Source: Candidatus Latescibacterota bacterium (lineage in GTDB: Bacteria; Latescibacterota; UBA2968; UBA8231). From it: a stretch of DNA of 64,000 bases. The DNA lies in assembly GCA_963422735.1 (NCBI GenBank), contig OY730476.1:2624001-2688000 (forward strand), in the 5' to 3' direction. Of this stretch, positions 19,649-30,088 are shown piece by piece. A program made the position numbers and the translations under genes. The first letter of the stretch is position 1, and each line of letters starts with the position of its first letter. The notes under the pieces were generated by a model. That model made no database searches, was not told the origin of the DNA, and worked only from the letters and a program-made list of their open reading frames with translations.

Positions 19649-20641
19649 ATGCAGATGTACTACGACAACGACGCCAACCTCGATCTGCTCTCGGACAAAA
19701 CCGTAGCCGTCATAGGCTACGGCAGCCAAGGTCACGCGCATTCGCTCAACCTTGCGGAGAGCGGCGTCAAGGTGGTGGTGGGCCTACGCGCGGGTAGCCA
19801 GCGGTGCGCTGAGGCCGAGGCCGCCGGGCTGGAGGTGGCCAACGTGGCCGAGGCCAGCAAGCGGGGCGATATCGTGGTGATCTTGATCAACGACGAGGTC
19901 CAGAAAGCCGTGTACGAAGCCGATATTCGTCCCCATCTCGAAGCGGGCAATGCCCTCGCCTTTGCCCACGGGTTTAACATCCACTTTGGGCAGGTCGTGC
20001 CGCCGGCCGATGTCGATGTGTTCATGGTCGCGCCCAAAGGGCCGGGGCACTTGGTGCGCCGCGTGTACCAGCAGGGGGGTGGCGTGCCGGGCTTGTTGGC
20101 CGTTTACCAAGACGCCACCGGCCGAGCGCACGAGGTTGGCTTGGCCTATGCCAAGGGGATTGGCTGCGGCCGGGCCGGGGTTATTGAAACGACCTTCCGC
20201 GAGGAGACCGAGACCGACTTGTTCGGCGAGCAGGTGGTGCTGTGCGGCGGTTTGACCGAGCTGATCCGCGCTGGGTTCGACACGCTCGTCGAGGCCGGAT
20301 ACCAGCCCGAGGTCGCTTATTTCGAGTGTTTGCACGAGGTCAAGCTGATCGTCGATCTGATCTACGAGGGCGGCATCGCCAACATGCGCTCGTCGATTTC
20401 GGATACCGCAGAATTTGGCGACTTGACGCGCGGACAACGGGTGATCACCGAGCAGACGCGAGCAGCAATGAAGCAAATTCTCGCCGATGTGCAGAATGGT
20501 CACTTTGCGCGGGAATGGCTGGCCGAAAACCAAGTGGGCCGCCCGGTGTACAATGCGATCAAGCGCCGCGATTCCGAACACCTGATCGAAACCGTCGGCA
20601 CCCGACTGCGTGCAATGATGAGTTGGCTGGACGACAAATAG
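19649..20641 (+). CDS. ilvC: Ketol-acid reductoisomerase
   Basis: [37 protein letters not shown] and SDTAEFG motifs. Confidence 0.97.
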   Translation: MQMYYDNDANLDLLSDKTVAVIGYGSQGHAHSLNLAESGVKVVVGLRAGSQRCAEAEAAGLEVANVAEASKRGDIVVILINDEVQKAVYEADIRPHLEAGNALAFAHGFNIHFGQVVPPADVDVFMVAPKGPGHLVRRVYQQGGGVPGLLAVYQDATGRAHEVGLAYAKGIGCGRAGVIETTFREETETDLFGEQVVLCGGLTELIRAGFDTLVEAGYQPEVAYFECLHEVKLIVDLIYEGGIANMRSSISDTAEFGDLTRGQRVITEQTRAAMKQILADVQNGHFAREWLAENQVGRPVYNAIKRRDSEHLIETVGTRLRAMMSWLDDK

Positions 20642-20674
20642 GACCACCTGAAAGCCCGAAAGGAGGTAAGCGCG

Positions 20675-20737
20675 ATGGAACCCCTACTTAGCGAGTTGAG
20701 TTCCGATCCCGACCTTATATCGGTAGGTGATCTCTAA
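20675..20737 (+). promoter_or_regulatory. Mini-ORF (20 aa) with strong RBS upstream of leuA; possible second Leu-sensing leader
   Basis: AAGGAGGT, 7 nt, then ATG; translates MEPLLSELSSDPDLISVGDL*. CCGATCCC (20703-20710) is complementary to GGGATCGG (20748-20755). Confidence 0.45.
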
Positions 20738-20802
20738 ACGGCTGGAGGGGATCGGCTACCACGCGTACCACCGCATCTGGCCCGCCTAGGAAAGAACACA
20801 TC

Positions 20803-22338
20803 ATGGCGAATGCAAATCGCGTATATATTTTCGACACCACGCTGCGGGACGCCGAGCAGACGCCCGGGGCCTCGCTGACGGCTAAAGAAAAGCTGGAAAT
20901 TGCCCACCAGTTGGCGCGGCTGAAAGTCGATATTATTGAGGCCGGCTTTCCGGTGTCCTCCAACGAGGACTTCGAGGCCGTGCGCCGCATTGGGCAGGAG
21001 GTCGAAGGGCCGGTAATCTGTGGGCTGGCGCGCGCCGTGCCCAAGGACGTTGAGCGAGCGGGTGCGGCCCTTCAGGGCGCAAGCCGGCCGCGGATCCACA
21101 CCTTTATTGGCACATCGGATATTCAGCTTGCGGGCCAACTGCGCAAGGACCGGGAAGAGGTGCTGAAAATGGCGGTAGAGTCGGTGAAGCAGGCCAAGTC
21201 GTACTGTGACGATGTCGAGTTTTCCCCCTTGGACGCCACGCGTACTGATCCTAGCTACCTCAACGAAATCATCGCGGCGACCATCGCGGCCGGGGCGACG
21301 ACGATCAACATTCCCGACACGGTGGGTTATGCCGTGCCCGAAGAGTTTGGGGTGCTGATCGCCCAGATCCTCGCCGAGGTGCCCAACAGCGACGCGGCGA
21401 TCATCAGCGTCCACTGCCACGACGATCTGGGCATGTCGGTAATCAACACGCTCTCCGCCATCAAAAACGGCGCACGCCAAGCCGAATGCACGATCAACGG
21501 CTTGGGCGAGCGGGCCGGCAATGCCTCGCTGGAGGAGATCGTTCTGGCGCTGAAGACGCGCCAGGACTATTTCAAATTTGACACCCAAGTGGTCACCGAG
21601 GAAATCGTTCCCACCAGCCGGTTGGTCAGCCGCTTGATGGGGATCGCGGTCCAGCCCAACAAGGCGATCGTCGGTGCCAATGCCTTTGCCCACAGCTCGG
21701 GCATCCACCAAGATGGAGTGCTCAAGCAGCGCGACACTTTTGAGATCATGGAGCCGAAAGACGTCGGGCTGGACGATACCGAGATCGTGCTGACGGCGCG
21801 CTCGGGACGCGCTGCTCTGCGCCATCGGCTGGAGGTTTTGGGCTACGAGCTGAACAAAGAAGAACTGGACAAGGTGTACGAGGATTTCGTCGAGTTGGCC
21901 GACAAGAAGAAGGAGGTCTTCGACGAGGACCTGATTGAGATCGTCGGCGACTCGGACGAAACGACCACCTACTACGAACTCCAGTACTTGCATTCGGTCA
22001 GTGGCACCGGTACGGTGCCCTCGGCCACGGTGCGCATGCGCATCGGCGACGAGACCGTCCAGCAGTCGTCTTGGGGCGACGGTCCGGTGGATGCGGCCTA
22101 TGCGGCCATTGGCATGGCCTGCGGCACTGAGGCCCGACTCGACGACTACGTCATCCGCGCCATTACCTCCGGCAGTCAAGCGCTGGGCGAGGTAACGGTG
22201 CATCTGTCGAAAAACGGAGAAAAGGCGCGGGGACGAGGGGTTTCAACCGACGTCATTGAGGCCAGTGCGAGGGCTTACGTGGATGCGCTGAACCGCTTGG
22301 TCGCCAAGAGCACCAAAGAATCACTCCAGACAGTATAG
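20803..22338 (+). CDS. leuA: 2-isopropylmalate synthase
   Basis: FDTTLRD.EQ, HCHDDLG, GERAGNA and HSSGIHQDG motifs, plus the C-terminal regulatory domain (GDGPVDA). Confidence 0.96.
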   Translation: MANANRVYIFDTTLRDAEQTPGASLTAKEKLEIAHQLARLKVDIIEAGFPVSSNEDFEAVRRIGQEVEGPVICGLARAVPKDVERAGAALQGASRPRIHTFIGTSDIQLAGQLRKDREEVLKMAVESVKQAKSYCDDVEFSPLDATRTDPSYLNEIIAATIAAGATTINIPDTVGYAVPEEFGVLIAQILAEVPNSDAAIISVHCHDDLGMSVINTLSAIKNGARQAECTINGLGERAGNASLEEIVLALKTRQDYFKFDTQVVTEEIVPTSRLVSRLMGIAVQPNKAIVGANAFAHSSGIHQDGVLKQRDTFEIMEPKDVGLDDTEIVLTARSGRAALRHRLEVLGYELNKEELDKVYEDFVELADKKKEVFDEDLIEIVGDSDETTTYYELQYLHSVSGTGTVPSATVRMRIGDETVQQSSWGDGPVDAAYAAIGMACGTEARLDDYVIRAITSGSQALGEVTVHLSKNGEKARGRGVSTDVIEASARAYVDALNRLVAKSTKESLQTV

Positions 22339-22350
22339 AGGAGATTGGAG

Positions 22351-23769
22351 ATGGGCAAAACCCTGTTGCACAAGGTTTGGGACGCGCACACCGTGCGCGA
22401 ATTGCCCTCTGGGCAGACGCAGTTGTTCGTTGGCTTGCATCTGGTCCACGAGGTGACCAGCCCCCAGGCCTTTGAGATGCTGCGGGAGCGCGGCCTCACC
22501 GTCCGCTTCCCGGGGCGCACCTTTGCCACTGTGGATCACATCGTGCCCACGGACTTGGTGCAGCGGCCGTTTATCGACGACTTGGCCGAAGAGATGATGG
22601 ATGCGATTGAGCAGAATACCGCCGAGTTTGAGATTCCGCTGTTCAACATCGACGATCAGCGCCAGGGGGTGGTCCACGTCATCGGCCCGGAACTGGGGTT
22701 GACCCAGCCTGGCATGACCATTGCCTGCGGCGATAGCCACACTTCCACGCACGGGGCCTTTGGCGCGGTGGCCTTTGGCATTGGCACCAGTCAAGTGCGC
22801 GATGTGCTCGCCACCCAGTGCTTGGCCATGGATCCGATCAAGGTGCGGCGGATCGAAATTAGCGGTGCGCTGAGCGAGGGGGTGTACGCCAAGGACGTCA
22901 TCTTGCACATCATCGGGCAGCTCGGGGTCCATGGGGGCGTTGGCTACGGCTATGAGTACGGCGGCCCAGTCATCGAGGCCATGTCCATCGAAGAGCGGAT
23001 GACGGTGTGCAACATGTCGATTGAGGGCGGTGCCCGGGTCGGCTACGTCAATCCCGATCAGACGACGTACGACTATCTCAACGGCCGGCCTCACGCGCCG
23101 GCCAACTTTGAGCACGCGGTCGATTGGTGGAAGTCCATGGCTTCGGACGCAGACGCCGAGTACGACGACCTAGTCCAAATTGACGGCCGCGAGATCGGCC
23201 CGACCGTGACGTGGGGCATCACGCCGGGCCAATCAGTCGGCATAGACCAAGCCCTGCCCGATCTAGGCGCTTTTGCCGACGCCGACCGCCCCACCGTACA
23301 GGAGGCCTTCGAGTACATGGACTTTGAGTCGGGGCAGAAGATCGCCGGTACCAAAGTAGATGTGGCGTTTATCGGCTCCTGCACCAACGGCCGGCTCTCG
23401 GATCTGCGCGAGGCCGCCCGGGTTGCTCGCGGGCGTAAGGTGGCCCCTGGCGTCCGCGCTCTTGTGGTACCTGGATCGCAGCAGGTGCGGGCCGCGGCTG
23501 AAGCCGAGGGCCTGCACGAGATCTTCGCCGAGGCCGGGTTCCAGTGGCGGGGGGCCGGTTGTTCCATGTGCCTAGCGATGAACCCCGACAAACTGCAGGG
23601 CCGCGAACTGTGTGCCTCGTCGTCCAACCGCAATTTCAAGGGCCGGCAGGGCAGTCCCACCGGCCGCACCCTGTTGATGAGTCCGGCAATGGTCGCGGCA
23701 GCAGCGGTGGCTGGCGAGGTGGCGGACGTGCGGGAATTGGTGGGGCCGTTTGGGGATTGTCAAAACTGA
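22351..23769 (+). CDS. leuC: 3-isopropylmalate dehydratase large subunit
   Basis: [40 protein letters not shown] and [10 protein letters not shown] motifs. Confidence 0.97.
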   Translation: MGKTLLHKVWDAHTVRELPSGQTQLFVGLHLVHEVTSPQAFEMLRERGLTVRFPGRTFATVDHIVPTDLVQRPFIDDLAEEMMDAIEQNTAEFEIPLFNIDDQRQGVVHVIGPELGLTQPGMTIACGDSHTSTHGAFGAVAFGIGTSQVRDVLATQCLAMDPIKVRRIEISGALSEGVYAKDVILHIIGQLGVHGGVGYGYEYGGPVIEAMSIEERMTVCNMSIEGGARVGYVNPDQTTYDYLNGRPHAPANFEHAVDWWKSMASDADAEYDDLVQIDGREIGPTVTWGITPGQSVGIDQALPDLGAFADADRPTVQEAFEYMDFESGQKIAGTKVDVAFIGSCTNGRLSDLREAARVARGRKVAPGVRALVVPGSQQVRAAAEAEGLHEIFAEAGFQWRGAGCSMCLAMNPDKLQGRELCASSSNRNFKGRQGSPTGRTLLMSPAMVAAAAVAGEVADVRELVGPFGDCQN

Positions 23770-23790
23770 CCGCGTGTAATGAAGGTAGCG

Positions 23791-24077
23791 ATGACAGGGA
23801 TGCTCAAAAGCAAGCTCGACGCCATCACGCAAGCCTGCAAACACTCGGTTGGATATCTTTGGATCGGCCCTGCGCGATGACTTCCATCCCGATCAGAGCG
23901 ACGTGGATCTATTGGTTGAACTTGGCCCGATGGAACCGTATGCGCGAGTCGATGCCTACTTCGGCCTGTTGGAAGACCTCAGAGCCATACTAGGATCTGG
24001 TCGTTTCAGGAGCCGTGAAGAACCGCTATATCGCTCGCGACATTGAGCAGACGAAGCAATTGTTGTATGCCGCGTGA
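23791..24077 (+). pseudogene. Minimal nucleotidyltransferase (MNT/MntA-type antitoxin) pseudogene, followed by a stub of its HEPN partner
   Basis: Three frames together give MTGMLKSKLDAITQACK / LDIFGSALRDDF..SDVDLLVE / DLV..AVKNRYIARDIEQTKQLLYAA*. An overlapping ATG at 24067 starts MPRDV and then breaks off. Confidence 0.7.
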
Positions 24078-24253
24078 CGTAAAAGGAGACAAATTTGATG
24101 AACGAATCAGCAATCCGAGCATAAAGAAAAGCTGACAGATTATTCAAGACTATTATCGGTGGGGAGGGGGGAGGCATACACGCACCGAGATCCCTCCGCC
24201 TGATCGAGAACCGAATCGGAGCTAGCCCTGCCCTGCCGTCATAGAATTACAGT

Positions 24254-24649
24254 ATGAATCGAAGAGAGGTCTTGCTTGATAAAGCTCGGCGAAATCCCAA
24301 TGGATTGTAATTCAGAGAGTTTGAAGGGCTCATGCGTCAATGCGGATGGACGCAACGCCGCCAGCGAGGAAGCCACCGTGCTTATTTCTTAGGCAATATA
24401 ATCAGGAGACAGAAAATAAAAAATAGTACTCACGACGATTTCGATGTATTCACAGTCGAGATGTTCCTCGATGAAGACGGCGATTATCTTGCACATTTCG
24501 TCGAACTTCCCAATGTCTCGGCTTTCGGACAGACACCCGACGAGGCGCTGATTGAATTAAAAGCAGCATGGGAGTTAATGAAAGAATGCTACCGAGAGGA
24601 TGGTGTCTCTGTCCCCCGTACACGCACCGCGACCCTTCCGCCTGATTGA
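24254..24649 (+). pseudogene. HicA-HicB toxin-antitoxin remnant fused by deletion
   Basis: HicA-like MNRREVLLDKARRNPNGL*FREFEGLM..RQRGSH has an in-frame stop at 24308 and runs into HicB-like DEDGDYLAHFVELPNVSAFGQTPDEAL. Confidence 0.7.
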
Positions 24650-24725
24650 GGATTGAGCCACCTTGATGGTAAAATCGGTGTTTTGATGTGTCTTCTCCCC
24701 TACTGAAACGCTTTAAGGAGATCCA

Positions 24726-25319
24726 ATGGAAAACGCTATTAAAATTATAACCGGCCGCGGCGTGGTAGTGCGTGGGGCTGATATAGACACCGACCGCATC
24801 ATCCCGGCCCGCTTTTTGCGGACGGTGACTTTTGAGAATTTGGGTGCCTATGCCTTTGCCGACGATCGCACGGCCGGCGACCATCCTTTTGATCAAGTGC
24901 GCTTCCAAGGGGCGTCGATCTTGTTGGCCAATGCAAATTTTGGCTGTGGCTCCTCGCGCGAACACGCGCCGCAGGCCCTGATGCGCTGGGGGATTAAAGG
25001 TTTTGTCGCCGAGTCTTTTGCCGAGATTTTCTTTGGCAACTGCATCGCCATGGGACTGCCCTGTGTGCGGGTGGCGGCTGGGGACATGCAGGCGTTGATG
25101 GACGCGGTCGAGAGCGATCCAGCGCAGGAGGTGACTGTTGACCTCGAAGCGCGGCAGGTGTGCTGGGCTGGCGGCGAAGTCGCAGCCGAAATTGCCACTG
25201 GTCCGCGCGAGCAGTTTCTCAAGGGGAGTTGGGACTCGCTGGGCCAGCTTTTGGCCGCCAGCGACCAGATCGGCCAGACCGCCGCCCGCTTGCCCTATAC
25301 ACGCGCCTTCGCCGAATAA
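24726..25319 (+). CDS. leuD: 3-isopropylmalate dehydratase small subunit
   Basis: DIDTDRIIPARFL, NFGCGSSREHAPQAL and SFAEIFFGN motifs. Confidence 0.96.
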   Translation: MENAIKIITGRGVVVRGADIDTDRIIPARFLRTVTFENLGAYAFADDRTAGDHPFDQVRFQGASILLANANFGCGSSREHAPQALMRWGIKGFVAESFAEIFFGNCIAMGLPCVRVAAGDMQALMDAVESDPAQEVTVDLEARQVCWAGGEVAAEIATGPREQFLKGSWDSLGQLLAASDQIGQTAARLPYTRAFAE

Positions 25320-25482
25320 TGTTTTGGAAGGAGGTTAAAATGTCCGAAATCAAAATTTATGTAGCGGAACAACTCGATGGCTATACTTGTCGCCTCGAAC
25401 CGATCGAACCGAGGAGCAAAAATGCAGCCCGATGATCACTCATCCACATGGGTTGGTTATCCTTAACATGGGAGATAAATAA

Positions 25483-26541
25483 TTGCACAAAATCGCCGTA
25501 ATACCCGGAGACGGAACAGGGCCTGAAGTGGTGGTCGAGGGGCTGAAAGCACTCGACGCAGTGGCCGCCAAATGGGGATTCAAATACGAGACCGTGGAAT
25601 TCGACTTTGGCGGTGACCGCTACTTGCGCACCGGCGAGATCTTGCCCGACTCGGCGGCCGACGACTTTAGGCAGTTCGATGCCATTTACCTAGGGGCCAT
25701 TGGCCACCCCGACGTGAAGCCGGGTATCCTCGAAAAGGGCATTCTACTGAGGCTGCGCTTTGAGTTGGATCAGTACATCAATCTCCGCCCGGTCAAGCTC
25801 TATCCCAATGTGCCGACGCCAATCAAGGACAAGGGGCCAAAGGATATCGACTTTGTGGTGGTGCGCGAAAATACCGAGGGGCTGTACGCCGGTTCTGGTG
25901 GCTTCCTCAAAAAGGGTACGCCCGACGAGATCGCAGTGCAGGAGTCGATCAACACCCGCAAAGGCGTCGAGCGCTGCCTGCGCTATGCCTATGAGTACAC
26001 CCAGCGACGCAACAAGGACAACACCTTGACGCTGTGCGGCAAAACCAACGTGCTCACGTATGCCTTCGACCTGTGGGAGCGGGCATTCCACGAAATCGGC
26101 GCGGCCGACTATCCTTCCATCAAGCGCGACTACGCCCACGTTGATGCCATCTGTATGTGGATGGTCAAAAACCCCGAGTGGTTCGACGTGGTGGTCACCG
26201 ACAACATGTTTGGGGACATCATCACGGACTTGGGCGCGATGATCCAGGGCGGAATGGGCATTGCCGCTGGCGGCAATATCAACCCCGAAGGGGTATCGAT
26301 GTTTGAGCCAATCGGCGGCTCTGCCCCCAAGTACACCGGCCAGAATAGTATCAATCCGCTGGCTGCCATCGGCGCTTGCCAGCTCATGCTCGACACGCTT
26401 GGCGAGCGCGAGGGTGCCAACATTTTGGAGGGTGCTATCGTCTCGACGCTGGGTAAGCTCGACGATATGGGAGCGGGGAGAATGGGGTATTCCACCGCGG
26501 AAGTCGGCGATTTGGTGGCGCAAGCCGTAGCCGACGCTTGA
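25483..26541 (+). CDS. leuB: 3-isopropylmalate dehydrogenase
   Basis: IPGDGTGPEV, NLRPVK, VRENTEGLY, NMFGDIITD and FEPIGGSAP motifs; operon context; TTG start. Confidence 0.9.
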   Translation: MHKIAVIPGDGTGPEVVVEGLKALDAVAAKWGFKYETVEFDFGGDRYLRTGEILPDSAADDFRQFDAIYLGAIGHPDVKPGILEKGILLRLRFELDQYINLRPVKLYPNVPTPIKDKGPKDIDFVVVRENTEGLYAGSGGFLKKGTPDEIAVQESINTRKGVERCLRYAYEYTQRRNKDNTLTLCGKTNVLTYAFDLWERAFHEIGAADYPSIKRDYAHVDAICMWMVKNPEWFDVVVTDNMFGDIITDLGAMIQGGMGIAAGGNINPEGVSMFEPIGGSAPKYTGQNSINPLAAIGACQLMLDTLGEREGANILEGAIVSTLGKLDDMGAGRMGYSTAEVGDLVAQAVADA

Positions 26542-26612
26542 GATGGTTTTGGAGACATGACCGGGGTTCCACTCTCATCCACGAAGGGCACGAGGGAATG
26601 CGAAGAAAAGAC

Positions 26613-28193
26613 ATGACCGACTGCATTGAAGTGTATGATTCTACTCTGCGCGATGGCGCCCAAGCCGAGGGCATTTCCTACTCGCTGGAGGACAAGCTGC
26701 TGATCGCCCGGCGGCTGGACGCGCTCGGAGTCGATTACATCGAAGGGGGATGGCCGAACCCCACCAATCCCAAGGATCTGGCCTTTTTTCAGGAAGTGAA
26801 GAAGCTGGGTCTGAAGGCACAAGTGACCGCCTTTGGTAGCACTCGGCGGGCCGGCGTATCCCCGAAGGAAGACGCGACCCTGAACACGCTTCTGAGGGCC
26901 GAGACCGACAGCGTTTGCATATTTGGCAAAAGTTGGCCCCTGCACGTCGTCGAGGTGCTCAAGACGACGCTAGAAGAAAATCTGCGGCTGATTGAGGACT
27001 CGGTCGCCTATCTCGCCGGTCATGGCCGCGAGGTGATTTACGATGCCGAGCATTTCTTCGACGGCTATAAGGCCGATGCCGGCTACGCGGTCGAGACCCT
27101 ATTGGCCGCCGAGCGCGGTGGGGCGCGGATTTTGGTACTCTGCGACACCAATGGCGGCACCCTGACCAGCGAGATGGGCCAGATCGTCGAACAGGTCGCC
27201 GAGCGGATTGCGCTTCCCTTTGGCATCCACACGCACAACGATGCCGGCGTGGGCGTGGCCAACACTCTCGTGGCTGTGGAGCGGGGCGCGGTGCAAGTGC
27301 AAGGTACCTTCAACGGCTATGGCGAGCGCTGCGGCAACGCCAACTTGTGCTCAATTTTGCCCAATCTCGAGTTGAAAATGGGTTTCGAGACGGTAGGCCG
27401 CGACAACCTCGCGGAGCTAATGGACTTCTCCCGCTTCCTGAGCGAGATCGCCAACGTCTATCACGACCACCGCCAGCCGTATGTCGGCGAGAGTGCGTTT
27501 GCCCACAAAGGGGGCGTACACATCGATGCTATGATCAAGAACCCGCGTTGCTACGAACATATCGATCCCATGGCCACAGGCAACGAGCGGCGGTTCTTGG
27601 TCTCGGACCAAGCGGGCGGAGCGACGATTGTCAGCAAGTTGCGGCGATTTTTACCCGACATAAAGAAGAAAGATCCGCTGGTGGGGCAGGTCTTGGAGCG
27701 GGTCAAGCAGTTGGAGCATGAGGGCTATCAGTTCGAGGCGGCGGAGGGGTCGTTTGAGTTGCTAGCACGCCGGGTCCAAGGCACGTATGAGGACTTATTC
27801 ACGCTGCTCAACTTCCGCACGATCAACCGCAAGACCGGGGCGCACGCCGAAGAAGCCGAGGCCATTGTCAAGGTCGCTATCGGCGATGCCGAGTACCATA
27901 CGGTCGCTGGCGGCGATGGCCCGGTCAACGCACTCGACCAAGCGCTGCGCAAGGCGCTGGAGCAGGAGTTCCCCGCGCTCAGACAAGTGCGCTTGGAGGA
28001 CTACAAGGTGCGGGTGTTGTCGAGCAGTGACGGGACCGCGGCCAAGGTGCGGGTGTTGATCGAGTCCTCGGACGGCAAGGATGTGTGGGGTACGGTGGGG
28101 GTTTCGGAGAATGTTATTGAGGCGAGTTGGATCGCGCTGGCCGATAGTTTGCACTACAAATTGATGAAGGACGCGCTGGCGGGGGCTGGTTGA
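26613..28193 (+). CDS. cimA: Citramalate synthase
   Basis: YDSTLRDGAQAEG, YIEGGWP, YDAEHFFDG, AFAHKGGVH, GYQFEAAEGSFEL and DYKVRVL motifs of the bacterial CimA clade. Confidence 0.9.
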   Translation: MTDCIEVYDSTLRDGAQAEGISYSLEDKLLIARRLDALGVDYIEGGWPNPTNPKDLAFFQEVKKLGLKAQVTAFGSTRRAGVSPKEDATLNTLLRAETDSVCIFGKSWPLHVVEVLKTTLEENLRLIEDSVAYLAGHGREVIYDAEHFFDGYKADAGYAVETLLAAERGGARILVLCDTNGGTLTSEMGQIVEQVAERIALPFGIHTHNDAGVGVANTLVAVERGAVQVQGTFNGYGERCGNANLCSILPNLELKMGFETVGRDNLAELMDFSRFLSEIANVYHDHRQPYVGESAFAHKGGVHIDAMIKNPRCYEHIDPMATGNERRFLVSDQAGGATIVSKLRRFLPDIKKKDPLVGQVLERVKQLEHEGYQFEAAEGSFELLARRVQGTYEDLFTLLNFRTINRKTGAHAEEAEAIVKVAIGDAEYHTVAGGDGPVNALDQALRKALEQEFPALRQVRLEDYKVRVLSSSDGTAAKVRVLIESSDGKDVWGTVGVSENVIEASWIALADSLHYKLMKDALAGAG

Positions 28194-28205
28194 GGCCGAC
28201 GATAA

Positions 28206-28481
28206 GTGCCGATGGATACTGCTATATCTGTTGAAGGAGTCCATGAGCGTTGGTTTCACATTGTCGAAAACCATGATGACATGGCAGGATTCGACCTTAT
28301 TGAGAATCCCGATATCATCCTTCGTGGTTATCAAGGCTCACCGATTGCGGCGCGCCGCCACGGACGCCAGCGATATTTGATGGTCGTGTATCGGCAGAGG
28401 TCCATGGAAGATGGTTTCGTTATTACTGCGTACTTTACACGTAAAATTGACAGAGGGAAGGCGATATGGAAAAAACTCTAA
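28206..28481 (+). pseudogene. Degenerate RelE/Barnase-like toxin (DUF4258/PBECR-like)
   Basis: ERWFHIVENH..IENPD..YLMVVYR..DGFVITAYFT, with apparent internal deletions; overlaps a DUF2283-like gene. Confidence 0.5.
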
Positions 28482-28819
28482 CACCTGATCATGCGCTCTC
28501 GCTCTCTCAGGCCATACCTTTCCTACTCGATTTTCCAGCCTCGCGTTTTTGGGTGGATTACGACCAAGAGGCCGATGTGCTCTATATCAGCTTTTCGCGT
28601 CCGCAGCAGGCTACGGATACGACCATGACCGTGTTGCGCTACCGGGCTAGCCAGCTAGTAGGTGTTACCGCGTTCGATGCCTCTACTCGTGTGCCAGCGC
28701 GATCACAAAAAGGAGCGATGGCGATGAATATGCTAGACTACGGCAACGTTGGTTTGGCGAAGGGGTTTCAACCAATCGAGCTGCATGTCGGCGCGACGGG
28801 AACGGACTGGGCGCTATGA
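28466..28819 (+). pseudogene. DUF2283-family putative antitoxin, internally deleted with read-through tail
   Basis: VDYDQEADVLYISF..PQQATDT..LVGVT..DAS motif. Confidence 0.6.
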
Positions 28820-30009
28820 GAATTATCGAAGGTGGAGGGGTCACCGCGCCGAGCGGGTACCGGGCGGCTGGCATCCAGACCGGTGTCAAGGAGTCGGGTG
28901 CTAAGGATTTGGCACTGGTGTATTCGACGCGCCCGGCGAATGCGGCCGCGGTGTACACCACCAACAAGGTGCAGGGTGCGCCAATTGCCATCGACCGCGA
29001 TCACCTCGTCGATGGCAAGGCGCGGGCCGTCATCCTCAACAGCGGCAACGCCAATGTCTGCAACGGCGATGTCGGCTTGGAACACGCCAAGCGGATGTGT
29101 TCCCTGACGGCAACTGAGTTGGGTCTGCAAGCGAAAGAAGTGCTGGTCTGCTCCACTGGCTTGATCGGCGTGCCGCTGCCGATTGACAAAATCGAAGCGG
29201 GTATCCCGCGAATCGTCGCGGCGTTGTCCAAGGAGGGCGGTGCTGCTGCCGCTGAGGCGATCATGACCACGGACACTGTGCCGAAGAGCTGCGCCGTCGA
29301 GGTCGAGCTGGAATCGGGACGCGCCGTGGTCGGAGCGATGGCCAAAGGAGCCGCGATGATCGCCCCCAACATGGCAACGATGCTGTCGGTGGTGACCACG
29401 GACGCGGCCGTGCCCAGCGGACAACTACAGGAACTACTGTCTCAGGCCATACAGCGCACGTTTAACTGCATCACCGTCGATGGCGACATGAGCACGAGCG
29501 ACACGGTGATCCTGATGGCCAATGGCGACGGCTCAGAGCTGGGCGAGCGCGATTGCGCGCGTCTCTACGAGGGCATTGAATACGCATGCCGACAGATGGC
29601 ATTGGCGATCGCACGCGATGCCGAGGGATCGTCCAAGCTGATCACCATAGCGGTGCGCGGTGCCGCCACCGAAGCCGAAGCGCGACAGGTCGGCATCGCG
29701 GTGGCCAACTCAAGCCTTGTGAAGACCGCCGCGTTTGGCAACGACCCCAACTGGGGACGAATTCTATGCGCGATGGGGTACGCCGGGATCGAGTTCAACC
29801 CCGAGACCGCACGCGTGTCGCTGTGCGGAACCGACATCTACGGCAACGGTGCCGGTCTCGATTTCGACGAAGATAAACTAAGCGCGGCCATGCAGACGGA
29901 AGAAATGGCCATTGATATCGACTTGGCACTGGGCGAGGCGGCGGCTGAAATTTTCACCTGCGATCTGACGTATGAGTACGTGCGCCTGAACGCCGAATAC
30001 ACTACCTGA
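28816..30009 (+). CDS. argJ: Bifunctional ornithine acetyltransferase / N-acetylglutamate synthase
   Basis: NSGNAN, STGLIG, IMTTDT, KGAAMIAPNMATML, ITVDGDMSTSD, DPNWGRI and a terminal NAEYTT. Confidence 0.96.
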   Translation: MRIIEGGGVTAPSGYRAAGIQTGVKESGAKDLALVYSTRPANAAAVYTTNKVQGAPIAIDRDHLVDGKARAVILNSGNANVCNGDVGLEHAKRMCSLTATELGLQAKEVLVCSTGLIGVPLPIDKIEAGIPRIVAALSKEGGAAAAEAIMTTDTVPKSCAVEVELESGRAVVGAMAKGAAMIAPNMATMLSVVTTDAAVPSGQLQELLSQAIQRTFNCITVDGDMSTSDTVILMANGDGSELGERDCARLYEGIEYACRQMALAIARDAEGSSKLITIAVRGAATEAEARQVGIAVANSSLVKTAAFGNDPNWGRILCAMGYAGIEFNPETARVSLCGTDIYGNGAGLDFDEDKLSAAMQTEEMAIDIDLALGEAAAEIFTCDLTYEYVRLNAEYTT

Positions 30010-30014
30010 GAGTC

Positions 30015-30082
30015 GTTAGTGATCAGTAACCAGTTCCCCACCCAGAAGTGGGACAGCCCCTAACCCCTAGCCCCTAACCACT
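30015..30082. repeat. Heptamer tandem-repeat (STRR-like) intergenic element
   Basis: GTTAGTG ATCAGTA ACCAGTT, then a CCCAC/GTGGG hairpin, then AGCCCCT AACCCCT AGCCCCT AACCACT. Confidence 0.55.
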
Positions 30083-30088
30083 TGCTAT

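Noticed and set aside
20734-23115. Long antisense ORFs (489 aa and 264 aa) opposite leuA/leuC, and similar ones elsewhere
   Set aside because: Shadow ORFs expected from high-GC codon bias opposite well-conserved genes; no motifs or RBS.
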